Positions 1-7,924 of a stretch of 43,068 nt of DNA are shown here, one piece after another. Position numbers and translations under genes: made by a program. This DNA is from an uncultured Candidatus Saccharibacteria bacterium. Its GTDB lineage: Bacteria; Patescibacteriota; Minisyncoccia; Ryanbacterales; GWA2-47-10b. How positions within the stretch are numbered: position 1 is the first letter of the stretch; each line of letters opens with the position of its first letter. The notes beneath the pieces are model-generated. The model did no database searches. It was not told the DNA's origin and worked only from the letters and a program-made list of their open reading frames with translations. Where the stretch lies: NCBI GenBank assembly GCA_964653715.1, contig CAZZGX010000019.1, positions 1-43,068 on the forward strand, read 5' to 3'.

Positions 1-1780
1 TTGATGTGGTGTTATTATTACCGGCCCACGCTCCGACAACAATTGATGGACTATATCCTATGGTCCACGCATCGCGATAGTCATTGGTTGTACCGGTTTT
101 TACGGCAACATTGCCACTTTCAAAATAAAGAGGCGAGCGAGACCCAAATGCGGGGGTACGGGCCTGATTATCAGATAGAATGCTATTTATTGTGTTCACG
201 ACGCGTTCATCCAGTACGCGTCGTGTAGAAATTTTTTCTTCATCAAGAATTTTGTTATCTTTATCTCTCGTCTCTATAATCGCGTGTGTTTCGGCGCGCA
301 TACCCTCGCGGGCAAAAACACCATATGCTCCCGAGAGCTCAAGCAAGCTTACCTCCCCGCCGCCTAAAACGAGCGTGAGCCCGTAGCGCTGAGGGTCGGT
401 AAGGGTACTAATCCCCAAATCCTCCGCGGTATTTATTGAGTCTTTAACGCCCGCAAGATACAACGTTTTCACCGAAGGAACATTAAGCGATTGCGCGAGC
501 GCCGCTCTCATGGTAATTGGGCCGCGAAATTTATCGTCGTAATTTTGCGGAATATACGGCTTGCCGGAAGCCGCGAAATTTGTCTCGAGGTCGAAGAGAA
601 CCGTCTCAGGCGTGTAGCCTTTTTTGAATGCGGTTGCGTATACTATTGGCTTGAACGCCGAACCGGGTTGCCGGCGCGCAAGCGCCACATTAAAATTCCC
701 TTCCCGCTCGAGGTTGAAATAATCACGTGAACCCACCATCGTCAGGATTCGTCCGGTTTTTGGATCAAGTGCTACCAGCGCCTCATTTGAAGCGTTGAAT
801 TTTTTTTCGTTTTCTTTACCAATGCGCGTTATAATTTCCTCCGCTTTTTCTTGGAGCTTGACGTCGAGCGTTGTGATAACTTTCAATCCACCTCTCTCAA
901 CGACATCCTCACCGTACTTTTCGTTTAAAAGTTCGCGCACATACATTACAAAATGTGGCGCGCGGATACCTTGTCGTGCCTGTGGGATAAACGATACCTT
1001 CTCGTTTTTTATTTTCTCAAACTCATCTTTCGTAATAAACCCGTACTCTTTCATTTGGCTTAAAACGGTGTTTTTTCGTTCCTCGAGCTTGTCTCGGTGG
1101 CTCCCGTACGGAGAGTAATATGACGGAGCCTGGGGAAGTGCGGCGAGATACGCCGCCTCGGCTAATGTGAGATCATCTGCCGATTTGTTAAAATATGTCC
1201 TGCTCGCGGCTTCAACGCCGTACGCGTTTGATCCATAGGGAATCTCGTTGAGATATAAATTTAAAATTTCATCTTTTGAGTATTTTGATTCAAGTTTAAC
1301 GGCGATAATTAATTCTTTTATTTTTCTTAGGAGAGTATGCTCCGGCGTTAGGAGAGTGTTTTTGACAAGTTGCTGAGTGATTGTCGATCCTCCGCTCCCG
1401 ATTTCTTTCCCTTGGAATCCGTTGAGAAGTAAAACACGCAACAGGGACAGCGGTTGAAACCCGCGGTGCGAATAAAATGCATGATCCTCGATTGCGATCG
1501 TGGCGTTTTTTACATTTTTCGAGATTTGGTCAAATGGCACCACCGTGCGCCGTTCCTCTCCATGGATTTCCCAGAGAAGGGTTTCGCCCGTCTGATCATA
1601 AATTTTTGTCGACTGTGAGACCTCGCGTTTCTCAAAGTTGTTGATACTCGGCACCTCGGTAAGCGTATAGAGAACAACAACAACAAGGAGACCAACCGCG
1701 AGGAGGCCTCCTACGAAAAGAGCGAATACAATTTTCTTTTTTGAACGCCTCTTTCGAAACACGGACCCATCATATCCCAA
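1..1780 (-). CDS. Class A penicillin-binding protein (GT51 glycosyltransferase + transpeptidase); C-terminus runs off the window
   Basis: Absent from the ORF track because the frame is open to position 1. My reverse-strand translation gives a TM helix (IVFALFVGGLLAVGLLVVVVL), GT51 motifs (IAIEDHAFYSHRG, GGSTITQQLVKN, RKIKELIIAVKLE) and transpeptidase motifs SAFK (SxxK), SLN and KTGTTND. Start uncertain: no in-frame ATG after the stop at 1826-1828, so TTG 1780 or GTG 1762. An ATGATG at 1773-1768 is out of frame. Confidence 0.85.
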   Translation of the reverse strand, partial: MGYDGSVFRKRRSKKKIVFALFVGGLLAVGLLVVVVLYTLTEVPSINNFEKREVSQSTKIYDQTGETLLWEIHGEERRTVVPFDQISKNVKNATIAIEDHAFYSHRGFQPLSLLRVLLLNGFQGKEIGSGGSTITQQLVKNTLLTPEHTLLRKIKELIIAVKLESKYSKDEILNLYLNEIPYGSNAYGVEAASRTYFNKSADDLTLAEAAYLAALPQAPSYYSPYGSHRDKLEERKNTVLSQMKEYGFITKDEFEKIKNEKVSFIPQARQGIRAPHFVMYVRELLNEKYGEDVVERGGLKVITTLDVKLQEKAEEIITRIGKENEKKFNASNEALVALDPKTGRILTMVGSRDYFNLEREGNFNVALARRQPGSAFKPIVYATAFKKGYTPETVLFDLETNFAASGKPYIPQNYDDKFRGPITMRAALAQSLNVPSVKTLYLAGVKDSINTAEDLGISTLTDPQRYGLTLVLGGGEVSLLELSGAYGVFAREGMRAETHAIIETRDKDNKILDEEKISTRRVLDERVVNTINSILSDNQARTPAFGSRSPLYFESGNVAVKTGTTNDYRDAWTIGYSPSIVVGAWAGNNNTTS

Positions 1781-1797
1781 AATCCACCTTTCTTCTA

Positions 1798-1914
1798 CTA
1801 CATGTCTACTTCGTCGTTGAATACTTCATCGTCGTCCGTATCCTCGTCTTCGAGCTCGTCTTCTTCATCTTCGTCCACATCGTCCTCCAGATTTTCGTTT
1901 TGGTACGTACGCAT
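1798..1914 (-). CDS. Possible 38-aa highly acidic micro-ORF (MRTYQNENLEDDVDEDEEDELEDEDTDDDEVFNDEVDM)
   Basis: ATG 1914 to a double stop (TAGTAG), ending 17 nt upstream of the PBP TTG. Below the ORF-track size cutoff. No SD or -10 recognised upstream. Confidence 0.25.
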   Translation of the reverse strand: MRTYQNENLEDDVDEDEEDELEDEDTDDDEVFNDEVDM

Positions 1915-2041
1915 TGTTGAAAAATTCATTCGAAATGACTTTTTAATTTCTTAGAATTCACCGACCTTGGGTTATAGAAAGAAAATACCTACTTCGAACC
2001 CGAAGAGCAAATAAAAGTTGTGGATAACTTTTACCCCCGAA

Positions 2042-2503
2042 TTACTTAGCAACCATAAGGCATAACGCGAGCGCATCCAGGGCGTCGTCAGATGATATCT
2101 CCTCCTTTATATGAAGGATATTTTTTACTACCCACGCAACTTGGCGTTTTTCAGCTCTCCCGTTGCCCGTTAAGCTCATTTTGACTTCAAGCGGCGTATA
2201 TTCTCGTATTTCAATATTGAGATTTCTCAGGGTCCACAGGATTGCCCCGCGCGACTCGGATACCGCAATCGCGGTTTTTTTATTCTTTCCAAAAAATAAC
2301 TTTTCGATGACCGCGCGCCCGGGGTTTTCTTTTTTGATGATCGATTGAATTTCTTTCACAATGAGAGCGATCCGATCTGGATGGGGAAGATCTTTCGATG
2401 TTTTAATACAGCCACAGGATCGGTACGACACGGTACTTCCTTGATATTCAACCAAACCCCAGCCCACGCGCTCAATTCCGGGGTCAATGCCGAGTACAAT
2501 CAT
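2042..2503 (-). CDS. ruvC: Crossover junction endodeoxyribonuclease RuvC
   Basis: MIVLGIDPG..., VIEKLFF and SDDALDALALC acidic catalytic motifs; 153 aa; 4-nt overlap with the upstream yebC-like gene. Confidence 0.9.
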   Translation of the reverse strand: MIVLGIDPGIERVGWGLVEYQGSTVSYRSCGCIKTSKDLPHPDRIALIVKEIQSIIKKENPGRAVIEKLFFGKNKKTAIAVSESRGAILWTLRNLNIEIREYTPLEVKMSLTGNGRAEKRQVAWVVKNILHIKEEISSDDALDALALCLMVAK

Positions 2504-3045
2504 ACTTCACGATTATTCGCGTATATTTCCTGAACGTCGTCGTACTCGTCCAGCACTTCCATGAGCTTTAAGAGTGCCGCCTCGTCGTTAGGTGAAAGCT
2601 CTATCATCCCGTAGTCTCGCGGCTCCCATTCATTTTCTTTTTTTTCAAACGCCCATAGCACGCTCCCGGGGTTTGCCCACTTGCCCGCGTTTTCGCCAAG
2701 CGCATGTTTTATTTCGTTTGATGTTCGGTTGTTGTTGTCCGTAATCCCGGTAATAATAAGCGCAGTGCCTCCCGGTCCGTAGGCTTCGTAAATAAACTCT
2801 TGAAGTGTTACCTCTCCGTCACCCGCTCCTTTTTTAATCGCGCGTTCGATATTGTCGTTCGGCATATTCGCTTCGCGAGCTTTGGCGATTGCCGCGCGAA
2901 GCGTCGGGTTTGAGTTTGGATCAGAACCTTTTTCGCGCGCGGCGATTGAAATAAGTCCGGCGAATTTTCCAAATACCTTCGCCTTGCGAACGTCAGTGAT
3001 CGCCTTTTTGTGTTTTATTTGCGCCCATTTTGAATGCCCGGACAT
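2500..3045 (-). CDS. YebC/PmpR family DNA-binding regulator (short form, 181 aa)
   Basis: N-terminus MSGHSKWAQIKHKKA and C-terminal DDVQEIYAN are family hallmarks. About 60 aa shorter than typical YebC; the middle domain appears absent. Confidence 0.85.
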   Translation of the reverse strand: MSGHSKWAQIKHKKAITDVRKAKVFGKFAGLISIAAREKGSDPNSNPTLRAAIAKAREANMPNDNIERAIKKGAGDGEVTLQEFIYEAYGPGGTALIITGITDNNNRTSNEIKHALGENAGKWANPGSVLWAFEKKENEWEPRDYGMIELSPNDEAALLKLMEVLDEYDDVQEIYANNREV

Positions 3046-3096
3046 GGTGAAAAATAACTTATTCTAAAACTCTTTCGTTTTCTCGGAACGTTATTA

Positions 3097-4101
3097 TTAA
3101 AAGAGCCCCCTTGTCTCGGGAATATCGAGGTGCCGGTACGCGGCGCTCGTGGCAACCCTGCCGCGCGATGTCCGCTCTATAAAGCCAAGGCGAAGGAGAT
3201 ATGGCTCGTGAATTTCCTCAATCGTACTCGTTTCTTCGGATGTTGCCGCGGCAAGCGTTGTAAGGCCCACCGGCCCACCGTTGAATTTACGAATAAGAGT
3301 TTCAAGAAGCCGTCGGTCTCCGATCTCTAGCCCAACCTCGTCAATATCAAGGAGCTCGAGCGCCATCTTCGCGATTTTTTGCGAGACGTGCCCATCACCC
3401 TTAACGGTTGCCACGTCGCGGCAGCGTTTCAAGAGCTGGTTCGCAACACGCGGCGTAAAGCGACTTCGTTTGGCGATCTCTTCCACGGCCTCATTGTCGA
3501 TCGAAATCCCGAGAATAGCGGCTGATCGCTTGATGATTTTCTCGACATTTTCCGTTGTATAAAATTCGAGGCGGTATATTCCTCCGGAAAAACGCGAGCG
3601 GAGCGGCGAGGAGAGGAGCGCGATACGCGTGGTGGCAGCAACCAACGTAAATGGCGGGAGATCGAGCTGGATAGTACGAGCCGCGGGCCCCTTGCCGATA
3701 ATAATATCAAGCGAGCGCGCCTCCATCGCGGGGTACAATATCTCCTCGATGAGCTTGTTGAGTCGGTGAGCCTCATCGATAAAAAGAATATCATTGTCCG
3801 AAAGATTGGTAAGGATCGAAGCAAGATCCCCGACCCGTTCTATCGCGGGACCCGAGGTTATCTTCATTTGCGTTTCCATTTCACGGGCAATGAGGTGTGC
3901 TAAAGTAGTTTTCCCGAGACCGGCGGGTCCGTAAAAAAGAATGTGTTCAAGGGGCGTTCCTCGCGTTTTTGTGGCATCAATTAAAATCCTCAAGTTATCC
4001 TTGATGCCTTTTTGCCCGATATACTCATCCCACCGGGAGGGCCGGAGAGTGCTGTCGAGCGACACGTCTTCATTTTTTGATTGGTTGGTTGGGCTTGACA
4101 T
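3097..4101 (-). CDS. ruvB: Holliday junction branch migration helicase RuvB
   Basis: Walker A GPAGLGKTTLAHLIA and Walker B FIDEAHRL. ATG 4101 gives the canonical ~335 aa. The track ORF extends to GTG 4305 (402 aa) with a low-complexity extension. Confidence 0.9.
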   Translation of the reverse strand: MSSPTNQSKNEDVSLDSTLRPSRWDEYIGQKGIKDNLRILIDATKTRGTPLEHILFYGPAGLGKTTLAHLIAREMETQMKITSGPAIERVGDLASILTNLSDNDILFIDEAHRLNKLIEEILYPAMEARSLDIIIGKGPAARTIQLDLPPFTLVAATTRIALLSSPLRSRFSGGIYRLEFYTTENVEKIIKRSAAILGISIDNEAVEEIAKRSRFTPRVANQLLKRCRDVATVKGDGHVSQKIAKMALELLDIDEVGLEIGDRRLLETLIRKFNGGPVGLTTLAAATSEETSTIEEIHEPYLLRLGFIERTSRGRVATSAAYRHLDIPETRGLF

Positions 4102-4346
4102 TTTCTCGTTTTTGATATACAATAGTGAGCGTTCTTTTGAATTTTCCTCGGAAGTCTCCGGGCAAATGAGGTTATCCTTATCTGGGCCATCTTTTAGTTT
4201 CGGACAATCTGGTCCCCTCCCTCTATCGTATAGAAGGCCTTCTTTGTACGCTAGAGGGAGTGGGTCGCTCGATTGTTCCTCGAAGGGGCTCTCAGCCCCC
4301 TGCACCCATGCGGGGGCACGTTGCCCGGAGGCTTCTCGGGAAAAAT

Positions 4347-6017
4347 CTAAATACCAATGACGCGCTCGAATTCGGCGAACGTGGTAAGCCCCGCTAAAAT
4401 TTTGAGAATTCCGTCTTGCTCAATCGTCAACATGCCCTGTTTCACCGCGGCTTCGCGAACTTCCGCTTCCGATGGGTTTTTCAGAATCATGAGTTCAATC
4501 TGGTCGTCAATGACAAACGCTTCAAATACTCCCTGTCGTCCCTTGTAGCCCGTGTGGTTGCAAAGGTCGCAGCCCGCGGCTTCAAATATTTGGATCGCAT
4601 CGAGCGATGGGCGAGTATATTCTTTTGGAAGCGTTTCAATTGCCGTATGAATCGTCGTTGATTGATCTTCGGTAGGCACCGAAGATTTTTTGCAGTGAAC
4701 GCAGAGAATTCGAACAAGCCGCTGGGCAATCGCCACGTTGATAGCGGGCGCTATGATATTTGCGGCAACCCCAAGATCGATCAAGCGCGGGATGGTGCCC
4801 GCGGCGCTATTGGTATGAAGTGTCGAAAAAACCAAGTGTCCCGTAAGCGACGCGTGCATCGCAATCTCGGCCGTTTCACGATTCCTGATCTCACCCACAA
4901 GAATAATATCCGGGTCTTGCCGCACGATTGCCGAAAGTCCGTTTTCAAATGTGTATCCTGCGTCCTTCGAAACCTGTGTTTGGGAAATTTCTCCAAGATG
5001 GTATTCGATCGGGTCTTCAATAGTTATAATTTTAATGCCGGGTTCTTCCCGCGCTTTTTTGATAAACGCGTAGAGTGTCGTTGTCTTTCCGGATCCGGTG
5101 GGACCGGTCGTAATAATCATTCCGTTTGGGCGTTTGAGCTCGTGCTCGACAATTTTATACACCGGCGGCTGCATGCCAAGATTTTCAAACGTGAGCGAGA
5201 TTGCTTTTGGATGCAGAACACGAAGCACGGCTGATTCCCCATATGGCCCGGGGAGGATAGAGACGCGAACCTCGACGTCAACCTCCGGCGTATGAATGGT
5301 AAAGCGTCCATCTTGCGAGCGGTCGTGGACGTTGAGCTTCATTTCGGAAACCAGCTTGATGCGCGAGAGAAGTGGCCGCAGCATCTCCGGCGGGAAATCA
5401 ATAATATCTTCAAGAATGCCGTCGAGTCGGAGTCTCAAACGAACCACCTTCTCTTGTGCTTCAATGTGAACGTCTGACGCCTCAAGCTGGTAGGCGCCCG
5501 CGAGAACATATTCGAGAATTTCCGTAACCCGCGATCCAGCCCGTTTCAGAATGTTTGTTTCAAGGTAGTCTTTAAGCTCGCGCGTGTTGTGAACTTTATC
5601 TTTAAATTCTTTTACATTTCCCTTCGAAACATCCACGATATTCGAAGTCACCTGCACTTCCTTAGGAATTTCCTGATAGCGTGCCCAGACGCGCTCGAGC
5701 CCGGGGAGTGACGCCATGAAGATCTGCGGCACCCAGCCCTCGCGTCGGAGCTCCTCAACCGCTTCCTTGAGAGAATCGAGATTCGGGTTTTTGACGGCAA
5801 TCTGAATTTTTTTGCCCGCAGACTGGATAATGGCAAGCCCGATACCTCGGGCTTTTTCCTCCGGAATAATTTTTAAAACATCGAGATCAATTGAGACACG
5901 CGAAAGATCAAGATAGGGGACTTTGTATTTTTGTGCGAGCAGGCGCGCCAGCTCTTCCGCCTCTTTTTTTTCTATGCCTTTAATTTTCTCGCGCCGTTTT
6001 TCTTCGTCAAATGCCAC
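4347..6017 (-). CDS. pilB: Type IV pilus / type II secretion ATPase (GspE/PilB family)
   Basis: N-terminal T2SSE_N-like region, Walker A GPTGSGKTTTL, Walker B-like IILVGEIRN, tetracysteine CVHC...CDLC; GTG start. Confidence 0.85.
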   Translation of the reverse strand: MAFDEEKRREKIKGIEKKEAEELARLLAQKYKVPYLDLSRVSIDLDVLKIIPEEKARGIGLAIIQSAGKKIQIAVKNPNLDSLKEAVEELRREGWVPQIFMASLPGLERVWARYQEIPKEVQVTSNIVDVSKGNVKEFKDKVHNTRELKDYLETNILKRAGSRVTEILEYVLAGAYQLEASDVHIEAQEKVVRLRLRLDGILEDIIDFPPEMLRPLLSRIKLVSEMKLNVHDRSQDGRFTIHTPEVDVEVRVSILPGPYGESAVLRVLHPKAISLTFENLGMQPPVYKIVEHELKRPNGMIITTGPTGSGKTTTLYAFIKKAREEPGIKIITIEDPIEYHLGEISQTQVSKDAGYTFENGLSAIVRQDPDIILVGEIRNRETAEIAMHASLTGHLVFSTLHTNSAAGTIPRLIDLGVAANIIAPAINVAIAQRLVRILCVHCKKSSVPTEDQSTTIHTAIETLPKEYTRPSLDAIQIFEAAGCDLCNHTGYKGRQGVFEAFVIDDQIELMILKNPSEAEVREAAVKQGMLTIEQDGILKILAGLTTFAEFERVIGI

Positions 6018-6023
6018 GCGTTT

Positions 6024-6029
6024 ATTGTA
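6024..6029 (-). promoter_or_regulatory. -10 box TACAAT (minus strand) 6 nt upstream of the pilB GTG 6017
   Basis: Same geometry as the other sites, but the start codon is GTG, which is less usual for leaderless translation. Confidence 0.35.
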
Positions 6030-6031
6030 CC

Positions 6032-6865
6032 TTACTCGATACCCCGCAGCAATTTACGAACTTCAGTTTCGGCCTCGATGAAATTTAAGTACCGCGGAAG
6101 AGAAATAAATTCGTGGTTTGAGATAATTTCGCCGAAGCGTCCGGCAATTTCGGCGAGGCGCGCGGGGTCACTCGTCCAAATGATACCATCCACCCCCTCA
6201 TCTTCCTGAGATTGCCAGAAAATAACAACAAGGCGTGGAAGTAAGATAATTTTTTGAAGGATCGCGATAAGCCCAGGGATCGTCCCCGGCCGGAGACTGG
6301 TTTTTGAGAAGTCGTCATGTGAGATAAAAGACCAGAGAACGCCGGCTTCAACGTCTTCTCGCGCGCGCGCGAGAAGACGCCCGAGAAGACCGATGGCCGA
6401 TGTCCCAAGCTTATCCGTCCCCGACTCGGGTAGCCACATGTGGCGTACCGAACCTTTTCGCGGAAACGACTCAATAAAACGCTCCGCCTCTTTTTGGGAA
6501 GGGAAGCCGACCGAAATAATCAAATCAGCCGATGGAATGTGCTCTTCAAAATGAATCGCGTTCTTGTCGAAGCGGTGTTTGTGCGAGAGATAGATAACAA
6601 GCCTATGCTCATCTTTTTCATATCGTAGCTCTTCTACGGGAGAGACTTCCGTATCAACAACAATCGAGAACTCTTTTTTCCCGGACGGAGCTCCAAAAAC
6701 GTCTTCCCAGACCGCCTCCTTTTCTTCGGACGCTATAATGTGTGTTTTTTCGGGCGCCAGTTTCTGCAGCTGGAGTGCCGCCAAATAGTCCTTATCGAGC
6801 GCGTTCCCGGGGAGTACCAAAAGTACCGAGGTTGCCTCATCAATCGCGCTTTTATACTCGTTCAT
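6032..6865 (-). CDS. Hypothetical protein, possibly a catalytically degenerate DHH/DHHA1 (NrnA-like) phosphoesterase homologue
   Basis: 277 aa with length and layout resembling NrnA, but the DxD and DHH motif positions read LPGNALDKD and IISVGF. Assignment is weak. Confidence 0.5.
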   Translation of the reverse strand: MNEYKSAIDEATSVLLVLPGNALDKDYLAALQLQKLAPEKTHIIASEEKEAVWEDVFGAPSGKKEFSIVVDTEVSPVEELRYEKDEHRLVIYLSHKHRFDKNAIHFEEHIPSADLIISVGFPSQKEAERFIESFPRKGSVRHMWLPESGTDKLGTSAIGLLGRLLARAREDVEAGVLWSFISHDDFSKTSLRPGTIPGLIAILQKIILLPRLVVIFWQSQEDEGVDGIIWTSDPARLAEIAGRFGEIISNHEFISLPRYLNFIEAETEVRKLLRGIE

Positions 6866-6905
6866 CCTCCAATTCCTACCACGCTTTTTTGGCTTTCCAT
6901 AGCCC

Positions 6906-6934
6906 TTGACTTTTATCTATTTTAGTAGTATAAT
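6906..6934 (+). promoter_or_regulatory. Near-consensus sigma70-type promoter TTGACT-17-TATAAT
   Basis: -35 at 6906-6911, 17-nt spacer, -10 at 6929-6934; followed by SD and ATG 6958. Confidence 0.7.
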
Positions 6935-6957
6935 GGTACTTAGAAAGGAGATTGAAA

Positions 6958-7389
6958 ATGAAGCGGACGGTTGCTTTGGTTTTCATGGTAATCCTTGCTA
7001 TTTGCGCAAACGCCGATGCCGGCGGGAAACAGCAGAGGACAACGAGTAACTCGAGCGGAACACGGGGATACGCCGGCCATGGAGGCGGGAGGGCGCACGG
7101 TCACGGTGGCCCAAGGGTAGTGGTAAGGAATTACCACTACCATAACCACGGGTACAGATACCCCTACTACAGCTATGGGTACGGATATCCAGTATATCTA
7201 GCGCCCGCGTACCCGACGTACAACCCGTATCCGCAGCCTAGAGTCTACGGGTCGCCAACCGTACACCATCCCGGAATTCTCGACTACGTCGTGATCATGC
7301 CGCTACAGCTCTTGTTTGGCCGCGACGAGGTTATCGAGGAGGACGAGGAAATTAGAGAGGAGGAAGAAGGAAAAGATCAAAATCGTTGA
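6958..7389 (+). CDS. Small secreted Gly/Tyr/His/Pro-rich protein with acidic C-terminal tail
   Basis: Signal peptide MKRTVALVFMVILAICANADA, low-complexity core (GHGGGRAHGHGG, YHYHNHGYRYPYYSYGYGYP) and tail EEDEEIREEEEGKDQ. SD AAAGGAG lies 7 nt before ATG 6958; flanked by a consensus promoter and a terminator. Confidence 0.7.
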   Translation: MKRTVALVFMVILAICANADAGGKQQRTTSNSSGTRGYAGHGGGRAHGHGGPRVVVRNYHYHNHGYRYPYYSYGYGYPVYLAPAYPTYNPYPQPRVYGSPTVHHPGILDYVVIMPLQLLFGRDEVIEEDEEIREEEEGKDQNR

Positions 7390-7401
7390 AGAAGCAGTAT
7401 G

Positions 7402-7439
7402 GGTGGATTTCGCAAAGCGGGATCCACCTTTTTCTTTTT
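7402..7439 (+). terminator. Intrinsic terminator after the Gly/Tyr/His-rich protein gene
   Basis: GGTGGAT-13 nt-ATCCACC followed by TTTTTCTTTTT. Confidence 0.75.
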
Positions 7440-7468
7440 GTGCTAGTCTAGAAATAAAGATTTTCAGT

Positions 7469-7924
7469 ATGCGCTCGAAGTCCTACGTAACCAAAAGCCC
7501 TACGGAAACCGAAACACTCGGGCAATTTCTTGCCGAAGAACTGCGGCACGCGGATATCAAAAGAAACGGCGCCCTTTTCGTTTTGCTCAAAGGGGAGCTT
7601 GGCTCGGGGAAGACGACTTTTGCCAAAGGATTTGCCCGAGGCCTCGGCATCACGGAAAAAATTTTATCTCCTACATTTGTTCTCATGAAACCCTATCCAC
7701 TCTCTCGCTCTGTTTTCAAGCGCCTGTGGCATATCGATTGCTATCGGCTTAAAGAATCAAAGGAGCTTCTTGTGGTCGGGTTCGATCATATCAAAAAAAA
7801 TCACGAGAATCTCCTTCTCATTGAGTGGCCCGAGAAAATTCTCCCATTGATTGCGCGCGACACGCTCTCCATATCATTTTCCCATTTTTCGGTGACCGAG
7901 CGCCACCTCACAATTTCGGCATGA
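7469..7924 (+). CDS. tsaE: tRNA t6A37 biosynthesis ATPase TsaE
   Basis: P-loop GELGSGKTTFAKG, ~150 aa. Start re-picked at the internal ATG 7469; the track ORF from 7316 overlaps the preceding gene and its terminator. Confidence 0.85.
   Translation: MRSKSYVTKSPTETETLGQFLAEELRHADIKRNGALFVLLKGELGSGKTTFAKGFARGLGITEKILSPTFVLMKPYPLSRSVFKRLWHIDCYRLKESKELLVVGFDHIKKNHENLLLIEWPEKILPLIARDTLSISFSHFSVTERHLTISA

Noticed and set aside
2019-2027. Perfect DnaA box (TGTGGATAA, the reverse complement of TTATCCACA) between the PBP gene and ruvC
   Set aside because: It is a single box with no cluster, no AT-rich unwinding element and no dnaA/dnaN nearby, so it is not sufficient to call oriC.
7316-7468. 5' extensions of track ORFs for tsaE (7316), polA (7825), rpsT (12602), uvrB (14696), ruvA (14531), hsp20 (21310), S41 (34286) and msrB (41356)
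   Set aside because: The extensions overlap upstream genes, terminators or divergent genes and lack family-conserved sequence. Internal ATGs give canonical N-termini and lengths.
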